This document shows positions 37,824 to 51,683 of a stretch of DNA of 60,500 bases, piece by piece (position 1 is the first letter of the stretch; the number at the start of each line of letters is the position of its first letter). The position numbers were made by a program, and so were the translations under genes. A model generated the notes under the pieces. It saw only the letters and a program-made list of their open reading frames with translations, did no database searches and was not told the DNA's origin. Source of the DNA: Octopus bimaculoides (lineage: Eukaryota); the NCBI RefSeq assembly GCF_001194135.2, contig NC_068989.1, positions 20,397,642-20,458,141 on the forward strand, given 5' to 3'.

Positions 37824-38911
37824 ATCCTCTCCATTTTTTTATTTGCCTTATAAATCCTGGGTAAATTTCCAATTTACTCCCACCCATACCTAGCATTCAA
37901 TTAAGATATTGCTATGCAATAATAAGCACTTGGTTAAAAATACGTAGGTACACATCCAGTAGTATATTGGATATTTAATATACCTTAGATGGTTTCTTAA
38001 TTGCTAACTTATACACACACACACACACACACACATTACCGTNNNNNNNNNNNNNNNNNNNNNNNNNNNNNNNNNNNNNNNNNNNNNNNNNNNNNNNNNN
38101 NNNNNNNNNNNNNNNNNNNNNNNNNNNNNNNNNNNNNNNNNNNNNNNNNNNNNNNNNNNNNNNNNNNNNNNNNNNNNNNNNNNNNNNNNNNNNNNNNNNN
38201 NNNNNNNNNNNNNNNNNNNNNNNNNNNNNNNNNNNNNNNNNNNNNNNNNNNNNNNNNNNNNNNNNNNNNNNNNNNNNNNNNNNNNNNNNNNNNNNNNNNN
38301 NNNNNNNNNNNNNNNNNNNNNNNNNNNNNNNNNNNNNNNNNNNNNNNNNNNNNNNNNNNNNNNNNNNNNNNNNNNNNNNNNNNNNNNNNNNNNNNNNNNN
38401 NNNNNNNNNNNNNNNNNNNNNNNNNNNNNNNNNNNNNNNNNNNNNNNNNNNNNNNNNNNNNNNNNNNNNNNNNNNNNNNNNNNNNNNNNNNNNNNNNNNN
38501 NNNNNNNNNNNNNNNNNNNNNNNNNNNNNNNNNNNNNNNNNNNNNNNNNNNNNNNNNNNNNNNNNNNNNNNNNNNNNNNNNNNNNNNNNNNNNNNNNNNN
38601 NNNNNNNNNNNNNNNNNNNNNNNNNNNNNNNNNNNNNNNNNNNNNNNNNNNNNNNNNNNNNNNNNNNNNNNNNNNNNNNNNNNNNNNNNNNNNNNNNNNN
38701 NNNNNNNNNNNNNNNNNNNNNNNNNNNNNNNNNNNNNNNNNNNNNNNNNNNNNNNNNNNNNNNNNNNNNNNNNNNNNNNNNNNNNNNNNNNNNNNNNNNN
38801 NNNNNNNNNNNNNNNNNNNNNNNNNNNNNNNNNNNNNNNNNNNNNNNNNNNNNNNNNNNNNNNNNNNNNNNNNNNNNNNNNNNNNNNNNNNNNNNNNNNN
38901 NNNNNNNNNNN

Positions 38912-38947
<36 letters not shown>

Positions 38948-39946
38948 TATGTGTCTGTGTGTCTGTGTTTGCGTTGCGTTTGTCCCCCCCTCACTGCTTG
39001 ACAACAGTGTTAGTTTGTTTACTTCTTCTTAACTGGCCGGTTCAGCAAAAGAGAATTGATAGCATATAATATTATACTTGAAAGTATAAGTAGTGGGGGT
39101 CGACTTATTTGGCTAAACTGTTCGAGCTGGTAACTGAAACACATAATAAAAAATAAAAGATATACCGCATAGCTTCCTTAGATGAGCCTCATAATCCATT
39201 ATCGTATTAAAAATGCTCAACACTCCATCAGTAAAAAATTTTTAAAACGTTTGGCATTTTATGTGCATTTTCTAATTACTGAAACTAACAAAAATTAAGT
39301 ATAGAAGAATAGATATGACATTTCTAAGATACACATATGTAACAGCAGAAAACGTGTGTAAATTTTGTTAATATTTTAAATAACTTAAATATCTAAAGTT
39401 TACTGCAAGTGGTTCGGGAATTCAATAAGTTTGTCGCTCTTGTAAGAATCGTACATATCTTCATAAGATGTATCTTTGTAAAATAAATTTACAATTACTT
39501 GTATCGTTTTACTTGTAGTCGACTTTATATAAATTCAGAGATAGTTTCTCTTCATATTTTTTACAAGCATGTATACAAACGTATAAACACATATTTATAC
39601 AAATATAATTGACACTAACAGTAACACTAAGAAAACATAAATATATTGATTTCTGTTTCTATTATTACAGTTTTGATTCGTTGTTAATTTTATCGCATCT
39701 CATACATTTACGTTCTATATTTGTTTCATTGAGATGCATCTTGTAGAAATAATGTCATTAATGTTTTCTATTAACATGTAAAATTCAGTAGTTTGTTAAC
39801 TAGAAGGAATATTGAATTAAAGTAGTTTCTGAAATAGTTACATTATATCAGAATTCAGCAATCATTAAAAATTAAATAAATATAGGACATCTCCTATTTC
39901 CTCTCGAATATATTATATGTAATGGTAATTGTGTGCGTGCGTATGT

Positions 39947-39983
<37 letters not shown>

Positions 39984-41040
39984 NNNNNNNNNNNNNNNNN
40001 NNNNNNNNNNNNNNNNNNNNNNNNNNNNNNNNNNNNNNNNNNNNNNNNNNNNNNNNNNNNNNNNNNNNNNNNNNNNNNNNNNNNNNNNNNNNNNNNNNNN
40101 NNNNNNNNNNNNNNNNNNNNNNNNNNNNNNNNNNNNNNNNNNNNNNNNNNNNNNNNNNNNNNNNNNNNNNNNNNNNNNNNNNNNNNNNNNNNNNNNNNNN
40201 NNNNNNNNNNNNNNNNNNNNNNNNNNNNNNNNNNNNNNNNNNNNNNNNNNNNNNNNNNNNNNNNNNNNNNNNNNNNNNNNNNNNNNNNNNNNNNNNNNNN
40301 NNNNNNNNNNNNNNNNNNNNNNNNNNNNNNNNNNNNNNNNNNNNNNNNNNNNNNNNNNNNNNNNNNNNNNNNNNNNNNNNNNNNNNNNNNNNNNNNNNNN
40401 NNNNNNNNNNNNNNNNNNNNNNNNNNNNNNNNNNNNNNNNNNNNNNNNNNNNNNNNNNNNNNNNNNNNNNNNNNNNNNNNNNNNNNNNNNNNNNNNNNNN
40501 NNNNNNNNNNNNNNNNNNNNNNNNNNNNNNNNNNNNNNNNNNNNNNNNNNNNNNNNNNNNNNNNNNNNNNNNNNNNNNNCTCTTCCGATCTTATATACAT
40601 ACATACATACATATATACACATACATATATACTCACATAAACACCTACTTTTTCTCTCGCTCATTATATATACTTGTATGTCTGTATGTATGCATTAATG
40701 TGAGTTATTTTATGTATAATCATTCATAAATAGTCAAGCATGAACTGAAATATTTTAACTACAGTGTCAAATCCATTTTGATAAGAAATATATTTTCCTA
40801 GAGACTTAAATTTCAGGCCAATAGCGACTATCTGTCGTGAAACATGAGCTATAAGAAAGCAGTTCTGTATATTCTAGAACTGTTTTCGAGTACTTTGTTC
40901 CTCATTCATACACAAAAAGATAACATCAGTTCGCGTAGATCTAATTACTTTCAACTTTTTCCTGATCTCTTGATATCTGCATATCCCAGATAATCACTGC
41001 ATGTGTATTTTGCATCACAGTTTCTTTGAAATATTAATGC

Positions 41041-41482
41041 TGTAAAAGGTATTCTGGGGATGAAGGATCGGATATAGCGATTAGTATAGGAAAAACGTAA
41101 GTGGACGCACCATAGGTTCCGAGAAGTGAAGAGACGAAAGAAACGGGAGAGGGGGGGGCTCAGTGATGTACCAGGCTAACCGAATTTGGGATAGCAGAAA
41201 CCATTATAGTATCAATAGAAAATAGAGAGAGGAGACAGACGGGAGTGTGTTAACTGGTAATTTGAAGCCAGTAAGCCGAGTGGGGTCTCTCTGGATATGA
41301 TTGGGATGTTTATATACGTAGTAGCAGCAGCGCCGTCCCAGATGCAGGAGCAACACTCGATCAAAGGGTTAGCGTTTGAGACATGCTCCTATCTACGTTG
41401 GGGATATACTTCTATCAGGAGAGATTCTCGGTGATTATGTGGCCCAACTTCTGGAGTGATTGTGTCAGTTCTATCTGTGACG
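41041..41482 (-). mobile_element. Possible solo LTR
   Basis: GC-richer island bounded by TGTAAAA and TGTGAC(G); TATATAAAC on the minus strand; no target-site duplication found. Confidence 0.35.
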
Positions 41483-41612
41483 TTCAATATCATACGCATA
41501 GACACATGTACATATATACGCACATACGTATACACATATATAAGAAAAAGCCAAAGCTAGCCATAAAATCTAAATTCAACCAATCTATCTATCTATCTAT
41601 CTATCTATCTAC

Positions 41613-41656
<44 letters not shown>

Positions 41657-41679
41657 TTTTTTAATTCTTGTATTCGTTT

Positions 41680-41885
41680 GCTTGTTTCAGTCATTAGACT
41701 GCGGCCATTCTGAGGCACCATCTTGAAGAGCTTTAGTCGAATGAATCGACCACAGTACTTCTTTTAAAGCCTGCTCCTTATTTTATTGGTAAATTTGCCG
41801 AACCGCTAAGTTACGAGGACGTAAACACACCGACACTGCTTGTCAAGCGGTGGCGGGGAACAAACACAAACATACACACACAAAT
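41680..41885 (-). mobile_element. 3' half of a SINE (family of 4116)
   Basis: CTTGTTTCAGTCATT.GACTGCGGCCAT; TTTGCCGAACCGCTAAGTTACG.GGACGTAAACACACC. Confidence 0.85.
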
Positions 41886-42174
41886 ATATATATATTTTAA
41901 TTTATGTATATATTAATATTATCTCGGTTGAAAAAACTTCGATAATGTAAATATGTTAATAGTTACCAGGGTAGCAAAAAAACACACAAAAACTGGGAAA
42001 AATATACCCGTTTAATAGGTAGAAATAAATTGTTAAAGTGATATATTTGAGTAGATATGAGGAAAAATAATAAATAGAGCAAAACGCATATAATCAAGGA
42101 ACTTGTTGATTATATGCGTTTTGCTCCATTTCTTATTTTTCTTCATATCTACTCATAATATATATATATATATA

Positions 42175-42830
42175 TATATGTGGAAAAAGGTGAGGATGTA
42201 TTACATGACCTTCATTGCTAACAACACCCGAAACCATGATACTTGCAGGAAATTTTGTGTGCTTTACTCTTGGAACCTCAGAAGGGTCAGCACATAGCCA
42301 TCTGTCATTTCGTCTGTTAGTTTTCTGGTTCTGGTCAAAGTTTTTCTCATTTGATAAAAAGACAAGCCACACCATCTTCTGATGGATGTTTAAGTTTGTT
42401 CAAAAGTCTTTTGGAGCTGATTAAACAGTTTTCTTTTGTTTTTTTTTTTCTAACATGAATTGACCTCTCCTCATCACGTAAGATTTGTATCTGATCTCTT
42501 CATTCACAACATTTATGATTGTTTTTTTTGACACAATTTTTTTTTTTGCAATTGACCTCATTGATTTTCCTGGATTGTCTGCAATGTTTTGCTTAACTTC
42601 CTGAATAAATTCAGGTGTCCTGCTGGAATCAGAGCGCTTGGAATGTTTTTACGTTTTGATACACGTAATATGCTTCCATCTTCTTTCTCAAACTTACATT
42701 GAATATTTTGGACAAAAGATCTTCCAACTTTTAGAAAACGAGATATTTCTAATCACCATGCTGAGTCTCGAAGCCACAATCACAGTATGCCTTTTCATTT
42801 CATTAGTAAGCATTGAGCCTGTTATTGTTA
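42175..42830 (-). mobile_element. DD37D (maT-like) transposase, 5' two-thirds
   Basis: MKRHTVIVA...KHSKRSDSSRTPEFIQEVKQNIADNPGKSMRSIAKK; FLSNEKNFDQNQKTNRRNDRWLCADPSEVPRVKHTKFPASIMVSGVVSNEGHV. Confidence 0.9.
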
Positions 42831-43168
42831 TTTTCTGAAATAGCAGTTCAATAAAAATTTGTCAACTACAATAATGACTAAAAATGCATGTGTGCGCGCG
42901 TGTCTATGTATTAGAATGCGTGTATTCGTTAGTTCCACATTATTTCTTATACTCTATCTTACAATAAACTATCTAGGATTTAAGGGTATATATAGTAGAC
43001 CTATTCTAGACGTTGTTATGAATTTAGCCATTTTATTGGTAAAATTTAGCCATTTTATTAGTCAAAATATTAGGTTGTAATTGAACTGACAGTTTACATT
43101 TTGAGTTTAACTCATGTCAACCCCAATTTCGACTTTCGTCCTCCTGATAACGAAAATATTCAACATTA

Positions 43169-43559
<391 letters not shown>

Positions 43560-44743
43560 GTTTTTTGGGGGGGAGGGGGCAGTCGATTTACAATACTATA
43601 AAGTATATCTATAGATTTTAGTCAATATAATATGAATGGGGTACACAAATATAGACAACTTGTCTTTAAATATAATGGCTTCATGGACAGGTAAAAGTGA
43701 AATCATTCAGAAACTGATGCATTCCAAGAACAGGATTGGAACTAGCCCGGTTGATCGTTCTTTTTTCTGTCCATTATAATATTCTATATAAAGACAAGAT
43801 GTATACATCCGTCTATTACATACATTGGCGAATAAAATGTATAAATATACTCTGTAATACAATATAGCATTTCAAGATCTGTTGTCTCTTTTCATACCAG
43901 CGAATTATTTGAATCTGGGGTTGTTTTTGTCTTTAAACCCTTTTCTTTATTTTACTTCAAGTTATTTTATATTTCTGTAGCATTTTTAATTCAGTGCTTT
44001 CAATAAAGAAATGAAAAATCTTATTTTATATATTTTGCTTTTCATGTTGCTAATTAGGAATTTAATATTCCTACATTTCTGGGCGTGCCCAATTTCCTTT
44101 GTAACTACTCGAGCTGTATTCGTTTTATATTGCTGAATGTTCGTTTGTTCACTATGTCTGATTTTTTTTTGTTGTTGCATTTTAATCGCTGAGGTTATCC
44201 TTAGTAGGTAGTTCCGACATTTAGAATAATGCAATGCTTGTGATATTTGTTTTTAGAACCCTGTGTACATAAAAAATGTCTTATCTTTTATTTATATTTT
44301 GTTTCTATTGTTCTGTTTCTGTTTTGTCGTCCAGTATTTTTCGAAGATGATGGGGGTTGTAAGGATTGAGAAGGAGGTTGACAAATTGTTATGGTTCATA
44401 AAAATAAGGTGGCGTTTTACAGCCATATTTCTGAAAAAATTGGGTCTTGTAGTTTTTAACAATTGAAATTAAGAACTTATTCCCTTTGATATGCAAGCAA
44501 GAAAACCTGCAATCTTAAACTTCAGACTATGCCTAGCCATTATGTTATGTAAAACTACTGGTTACTCAGATACATCTGATCTGTAAGCAAGTTAACCCCG
44601 TTTATTTTCATGTTCTCACTGTCACTACAAGAACGCTTGCTTGTAATTGATATTATATATGTACATAGATAAATGTAATATATTAAAACGCACCGATTCT
44701 GTGTGTAGAGAGGAACATATAACAGCCAATGTTTGACAACATA

Positions 44744-46017
44744 CAGGGTGGGAGTAGAGAGGACGGACGTTTTTGAAATATTCACAAAATCATTAATTTT
44801 AGCTGCAAACAAATTTTATTGACATCAATGTGTTTGTATTGAATCAACGTTTGTCAAAATTAAGTGTGAAAAGCAACATCCATCATGTGGTGTCAATTTT
44901 CATTGATGCATTTCTGAAGGCATTCTTGGAAGTTGGCATCCACTCTCTCCGGCATTTCTCTGTCGATTTGGGAAACTTCCACGCGAATAGCTTCCTTCAA
45001 ATCGTCCAATGTACGGGATTTATGCGCATACACAGGTGCATTGAGGTTTCTCCAGAAAAATAATCACACATGGACAAATCAGGGGACCAAGGGGGCCAAG
45101 GAATATCAGCAAAACTGTAGAATGTTAGCACCGAAAGGAGGGCGAAGAACGTCTATTGATGCTCTGGTTGTGAGGGCCATCGCCCCAACCTGCTGAAACC
45201 ACACATGACGAACAGGCATAGGTTTTCATCGAAATTCAGAAGTTGTTTATCATCTCGATGTAACGCTCAGAGTTTACAGTAACACCACTTCCATTATTGT
45301 CTTCACAAAATGAGGTCTTTTGTATAGTTCCCTTGGATTTTCAAGAGCCCAATAACGACAGTTCTGTTGATTTCCCCATGCCATTGAGACGAAAATGAGC
45401 TTCACCACTCATTAACAAAATGAGATTGTCATTTGTCTCAAACGTTGCTTCCATCTGACGTGCGAAGTTAACGTGCTGTGCATAGTCCCATAGTTTCAAC
45501 TTTTGCCCAATGACCAAGTAGTATGGGTGGGAATGCCGGTCTTCATGTAAAATATGCCTTACCGATCGATTACAGATGCGAAGTTCACTGGAATGTCTAG
45601 GAACAGAACGATACGGACTTCGTATCAAAGCTTATATGACACATTCCACATTTTCCAGGGTCCTTACCGTTCGTGGCGCCCCCACCAGTCTCCTATTCAT
45701 TAGTGTACCTCATGTACGAAGTGCATTCACCCAACGTAAGATTGTATTACGGATGGGAACAGCCTGATTTCGGTGAATGTTGAAATGGCGCTGAAATTCA
45801 CGCTGAACTGCTTTGACAGACTCGTTATTCTTCACGTAACTGTCGTAGGCACACACACACGCGATGCTCTATCGTCCACAGTGCCATGGCTTCACTTGAA
45901 AAGAAAAAATATATGCTAAGGCATCACGAGCTGAATAATACCTGTGGGACATATATCTCTCCGCTGGGGCTGAGTAATAGCCATTTCAAAAACGTCCGTT
46001 CACTCTGCCCTACCCTG
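44744..46017 (-). mobile_element. Full-length decayed DD41D/rosa-like Tc1/mariner element
   Basis: TIRs CAGGGT(G/A)GG..AGAG..ACGGACGTTTTTGAAAT with TA on both sides; MALWTIEHRV..YDSYVKNNESVKAVQREFQRHFNI; LLMSGEAHFRLNG; WFQQVGA. Confidence 0.93.
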
Positions 46018-46219
46018 TATTAATCAACAAAATTTGTATTTTATTCAACATTGTACTTGAACAATAAGTGTTCAATCATCATTTCTTCTTTTTCTAATGA
46101 CATTTTTGTTTTAGAAATATAATATTTTTGTTTAGAGTCACAATATAGAACAAATTCATAAAACAGAAATCTGACACAGAAGATTTTACACCCCACCCTA
46201 ACTAAGAACAAGGATGGAA

Positions 46220-46740
46220 CTAAGTAATATGATGCTTCCAAGCACATGCAGTGGCAATCATGTTGAGCCAAAAGAAAAGTGTATTGTATGTAATGTTGAA
46301 ATATCAAGTAGAAATTTAATGCCATAAAATAATTGGAGAATCGTCTTTTGAATAATCATTTAAAAAATGGAAGAGAAGCCAGCATATTTTTTTCAATAAT
46401 AAGGCAATTGCTGTTCAAACTAAAAAATAACGTTACAGCTCTTCATCTTGCTTAAAGGCATTCTATATTGTGTCAGAGATTGCAAAGCAGATAACACTTG
46501 TGAAACTTTGATTCAGGAAGCTGTTGCACAGCTGTTACATAACAGTGCTACACAATACACCGTTGTGTAATTGAAGAGAATATTGTATTAAATTCGAAAT
46601 AAATAGCACTTTCCAATGACATAGTAAAGTATAAAATTGACGAAATGTCAAATAATTCGATCAGTGAACTTGTTAGATTACAGAATTCAGGCATGCTTGT
46701 GATGTAGTTAGATGAAAAAAACCCATGTTGCAAATCAAGG
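46220..46740 (+). mobile_element. hAT Charlie/ZBED5-like transposase fragment
   Basis: EKCIVCNVEISSRNLMP (BED-finger-like); KAFYIVSEIAK; IALSNDIVKYKIDEMSN; LDEKTHVAN (cf. LDESTDVAN). Confidence 0.7.
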
Positions 46741-46769
46741 GCAAGTTTTATGCTTTATTCGATTTCTTT

Positions 46770-47024
46770 TATTCTTTTTATCTTTTACTTGTTTCAGTCA
46801 TTGCATTGCGGCCACGCTGGGGCACCGCATTGAAAGGTTTAGACGAACAAATCGATGTCAGTACTTCTTTTTAAGTTTGTCACTTATTCTATCGACGACT
46901 ATTGTTTAACTGGTAGGTTACGGAGACGTAAGCAAAGTAACTTCAGTTACTAAGCGATAACAATGGTTAAACAAAATACAAATACAAAGACAGATAGATA
47001 TATACATATAAACATACGTATGTT

Positions 47025-47095
<71 letters not shown>

Positions 47096-47130
47096 AAACA
47101 TACATATATATAATCGATATAGTTGTTGGT
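46770..47130 (-). mobile_element. 3' half of a SINE with expanded (CA)n
   Basis: CTTGTTTCAGTCATTGCATTGCGGCCACGCTGGGGCACCGC etc. Confidence 0.75.
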
Positions 47131-47279
47131 TATAAGTATGAAATGAATGGTAACTCCTTGATCGGCCATAACCAACAACTATATTAATTATTACCGTTTA
47201 AAAAGGTTTTAGAGAGTTCTATTTCGGACTTAAGAATAACGAACGAATTATATATATATATATATATATATACATACAT

Positions 47280-47585
47280 AATGGGCGCTCCCGTCGTTTG
47301 ACGACTTATGAGGGTTCGACAATATCTTACCGAACAACCAAACAGATGGTTTGTTTATAGTGATCAAGTGTTTTTGTAGACGTAAGCGCACTCCTTCCAT
47401 CAAAGCGACATTACCTGTACAGGTGCAACTGGGTTCTATATATCAGATGTTGAAATGATCGCAGAGCAATTTGAAATGATGGCTTTGCTCAAAAACACAA
47501 CGCAACGCCTGGTCTGAGAATCGAACACACGATCTCGCAATCGTGAGTGCAACACCCTAACCACTAAGCCATGCGCCGTCGCTAT
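47280..47585 (-). mobile_element. tRNA-derived SINE (related to 36789)
   Basis: Minus head GCGCATGGCTTAGTGGTTAGGGTGTTGCACTCACGATTGCGAGATCGTGTGTTCGATTCTC. Confidence 0.75.
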
Positions 47586-47629
47586 ATGCGTGTGTGTGTG
47601 TATACATATATACATACATGTCTTTTGTT

Positions 47630-48283
47630 TTACAGAAAAACAAAAGACAAAGACAAGTGTATAAGCAACACAAAAGTGTATTAGTTTAACACCCGGGAAG
47701 GTGAGAAAGTCTTTTACATTTCGAGCCTACGCTCTTCAGCAGAAAGGAACAGGAAAAAATAAACAGAGAGAGAATAAAAAGGTTCAGCGGCTAGCGGTCA
47801 ATCATGGCGGCTGGCAGGACAGGAGTGGTTAGACAAGAGAACTAAGAAGAAGGGGAGATAATAAAGTATTGGTGAACCCAAAATGAAGGTGCACGTGCGT
47901 GTGTAGGTGAGAGCGTGTAAGTGTGATCGTGTGGATAGGGGCTGGTATGATGTGGTGATGTGTGGTGTGACATGATGTGGTGTGGTGGTGTGTGGTGTAT
48001 TGTGGGTGCTGGGAAGTGGTCAGTGCAAGTGTGTGTGGGGTGGTGTGATGTGGTGTGGTGTGTGATGTGTGGTATGTTGTGTTGTGGTGGTGTGGTGTGA
48101 TGTGTGGTGTGTTGTGTTGTGGTATGGTGGTGTTGGGGTGTGAGGATGCGAGGATGGGCGTGAGGATGCGAGGGTGGGGTGTGAGGATGTGAAGATGGGT
48201 TGTAGGGATGTGAGGGTAGGGTGTGGGTTTGGGGTGATGATGTGAAGGTAGGAGTGGGGTATGCGAGAGTAGGATATGTGGGT
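47630..48283 (-). mobile_element. PLE pLTR-like segment with low-complexity C/A-rich tract
   Basis: Contains the HHR at 47711-47746 downstream (minus strand) of a CAC/CCA-rich tract; no ORF seen; truncated by a gap. Confidence 0.5.
47711..47746 (-). ncRNA. Minimal hammerhead ribozyme, C6 core variant
   Basis: CUUU-CUGCUGA-A-GAGC(guag)GCUC-GAAA-UG-UA-AAAG. Confidence 0.65.
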
Positions 48284-49255
48284 NNNNNNNNNNNNNNNNN
48301 NNNNNNNNNNNNNNNNNNNNNNNNNNNNNNNNNNNNNNNNNNNNNNNNNNNNNNNNNNNNNNNNNNNNNNNNNNNNNNNNNNNNNNNNNNNNNNNNNNNN
48401 NNNNNNNNNNNNNNATATATATATATATACAACAGGTTTCATTCAATTTCCGTCAACAAATCCACTCACAAGCCCTTGGTCAGCCCGGAGTGAGAGGAAA
48501 AAACACTTTACCCAAGGTGCCGCGCAGTGGGATTGAACTCAAGAATACATGTCTGGAAAAATAATATAAAACAAAACAAATTCTTGAAGACCTTTTGTTT
48601 TCTTTGGTTTTTCTGTTGCGAGTTGCAAGTAAAATTCTCCAACTTATGCTAACTTTTCTTATTAATTATAAATACGATTATGATTGCTGCAGGTGAGGCT
48701 GTTAACTTCACAGCTAATCACAGTAGAACCTGCGCAGAACTAGATTTAGCCCCAAAGAATGGAAATTGGTAACCCTGATTTTATATACTCAAACTCTATT
48801 TTCTCTTTTCTTTCATAAGAGTGGGTCGAGGGTTGGTGATGGAAAGTTCACTAATTTTGAGGCTGGGCTGGTATTTGTCAAATTTTTTGACTGTTGTTGT
48901 AGGGTATGCTGTTTTTTTTTTACTTTGTCTTCATATATTAACGTCTACCTTTGAGGTTTACGATTTCAATGTATTTTTTTGTTGTTTGTTTTTTGCTTGT
49001 TCCTTTTGTATTCATTATGTAATTTGGTTTTAGAAGTGTCCTGCTTAAATTGCTGACATCATTTTGGCTTTGTGACTGTATAGTCTTCAGTTAGTTTCGT
49101 GTTAGGATCCAAACTTACGTTGGCATCAAAGTCATTTTCACTTAAAATCTGGTACGGATATATTATATTTTCGAACTGGCAGCATGATATGCATGGATGA
49201 GAAAAACGTATTCCTTTCGTATCCACTTATATCTTTTCTACTTTATTCGTAGGAA

Positions 49256-50330
49256 TTAAGGAACCAGGCCCCACTCTTTATTTAGACTGTTACGACTTTT
49301 GTCGGGTAACGGTTTCTCTCGATGACGAATCTCCCTTGCTTCCTTATCGCACTTTTTGCTCATTAGATTTAATAGCTGAGTAAAGGACCGCTGAAAAATA
49401 ACACATATCTTCTTGGAAATGAGTAACATGCATCCATTCTGGTCCAGCAAAGATGAAATTGTGTCACTGTTACCACGCTACACCTCTACCATCCATGCTC
49501 ATCGGACAGCTCTCGTTCTCACCTGTATTAGAACATGTACCTTAGCTCTGACAACGCTGCCATAGCGTTTCATGTTAAAGAAATGGTCGAGGCCAGTCTC
49601 ATCGCTAGCAAATCAGTCACGATGCCTTTCCTAATTAATTCTTGTGACTTACTAATTCTTCATCTAATCTATTTATCTCTATCACCTTTTCGTTTTACTA
49701 AGACCCATTGATTCTTCTCTAATCATCCTCTTCAGAGCACCCAATCACTAGTTGTTGTCAACTGTCCCTGTTAACTGTCGTATAATTCAAATGTTAATCC
49801 AGACTAAATATTCTGCTTTGGAAACGAAACCTTTATTTCCAGTAGCCATATCCTTGTCTACGAGTTTTACTTAAGTCGACCATACAGAGCTGGAACTTGG
49901 AGTCTGTGTAGATGACTTGTTGAAACTATGGACATTTTTCTTACACTATACCTGTTGGTAATGATGCTCTCCTGTGCTACGAAGGTGGTGTCTACTTTGG
50001 TTATTACTGCTGCTGTAACATTTGTGGTTATGTTGTTGTTGCTTGTGTTAATGTTGCTAATGCTGTCGCTTTTGGTGTTACTGTTGTTGATACTGCTGCT
50101 TTTGTTGTTGATGTTGTTGCTGTTGAAGCATTGGTGTCGGTAGCAGTATTGTAGATAGAAAATGGTTTGTTCACCGCATAAGCGACATCTTGGCTTTTTA
50201 ACTTCAAACGCCACCAATAGTTGCAAGCCATCTGATAGGCTGATCAGGTCAGGGGTGACGTCCACACTTCATCTGTTTTGATTAATAGCTCCATCCTGTA
50301 TCCGACCAATTTTTCTTTTGTTGCCTGTGA
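49256..50330 (-). mobile_element. Decayed L1/Tx1-group LINE (ORF1 end / ORF2 linker remnant)
   Basis: PDLISLSDGLQLLVAFEVKKPRCRLCG (zinc-knuckle-like) and LDQNGCMLL..KKICVIFQRSFTQL. Confidence 0.5.
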
Positions 50331-50419
50331 ATTTACAGTATGTTTGTTTTTCTTTATATCTAGCAAAACAGCACCACTAGCAAACAGGTTGTAAAATAAT
50401 ACAGACGACTCATTGACCT

Positions 50420-50596
50420 CCCTTTATAGCTGAAATCTTAGGGTAGAGGGCTAGTCGATTACTTCGACCCTAGTTCTTGACTGGTACTTATTTTATCGAC
50501 ACCGAGAAGATGACAGAAAATTCAAAATGCAATGGCGGACGAAATGCCACTAAACATTTTATCCGACGTTTTAACGACTCAACCAGCTCGACGCCC

Positions 50597-50597
<1 letters not shown>
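50420..50597 (-). mobile_element. tRNA-derived SINE (family of 16372), internally deleted
   Basis: AGTCGATTACTTCGACCC...CTGGTACTTATTTTATCGAC; CGTTTTAACGACTCAACCAGCTCG. Confidence 0.7.
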
Positions 50598-50647
<50 letters not shown>

Positions 50648-50672
50648 TAATAATTATAATAATAATAATAAT

Positions 50673-50750
50673 ACAGAAACAGAGGGGTTTATCATAGCAG
50701 CCCAAGATCAATGCCTACCTACAAAGAACTACCAGGCCAACATATTAAAG
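50673..50750 (+). mobile_element. R4/Dong-type fragment directly after (AAT)n, cut by a gap
   Basis: TETEGFIIAAQDQCLPTKNYQANILK. Confidence 0.85.
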
Positions 50751-51683
50751 NNNNNNNNNNNNNNNNNNNNNNNNNNNNNNNNNNNNNNNNNNNNNNNNNN
50801 NNNNNNNNNNNNNNNNNNNNNNNNNNNNNNNNNNNNNNNNNNNNNNNNNNNNNNNNNNNNNNNNNNNNNNNNNNNNNNNNNNNNNNNNNNNNNNNNNNNN
50901 NNNNNNNNNNNNNNNNNNNNNNNNNNNNNNNNNNNNNNNNNNNNNNNNNNNNNNNNNNNNNNNNNNNNNNNNNNNNNNNNNNNNNNNNNNNNNNNNNNNN
51001 NNNNNNNNNNNNNNNNNNNNNNNNNNNNNNNNNNNNNNNNNNNNNNNNNNNNNNNNNNNNNNNNNNNNNNNNNNNNNNNNNNNNNNNNNNNNNNNNNNNN
51101 NNNNNNNNNNNNNNNNNNNNNNNNNNNNNNNNNNNNNNNNNNNNNNNNNNNNNNNNNNNNNNNNNNNNNNNNNNNNNNNNNNNNNNNNNNNNNNNNNNNN
51201 NNNNNNNNNNNNNNNNNNNNNNNNNNNNNNNNNNNNNNNNNNNNNNNNNNNNNNNNNNNNNNNNNNNNNNNNNNNNNNNNNNNNNNNNNNNNNNNNNNNN
51301 NNNNNNNNNNNNNNNNNNNNNNNNNNNNNNNNNNNNNNNNNNNNNNNNNNNNNNNNNNNNNNNNNNNNNNNNNNNNNNNNNNNNNNNNNNNNNNNNNNNN
51401 NNNNNNNNNNNNNNNNNNNNNNNNNNNNNNNNNNNNNNNNNNNNNNNNNNNNNNNNNNNNNNNNNNNNNNNNNNNNNNNNNNNNNNNNNNNNNNNNNNNN
51501 NNNNNNNNNNNNNNNNNNNNNNNNNNNNNNNNNNNNNNNNNNNNNNNNNNNNNNNNNNNNNNNNNNNNNNNNNNNNNNNNNNNNNNNNNNNNNNNNNNNN
51601 NNNNNNNNNNNNNNNNNNNNNNNNNNNNNNNNNNNNNNNNNNNNNNNNNNNNNNNNNNNNNNNNNNNNNNNNNNNNNNNNNNN

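Noticed and set aside
47829-48446. His/Pro/Thr-rich minus-strand ORFs
   Set aside because: They arise from GTG/GGT low-complexity DNA plus a gap.
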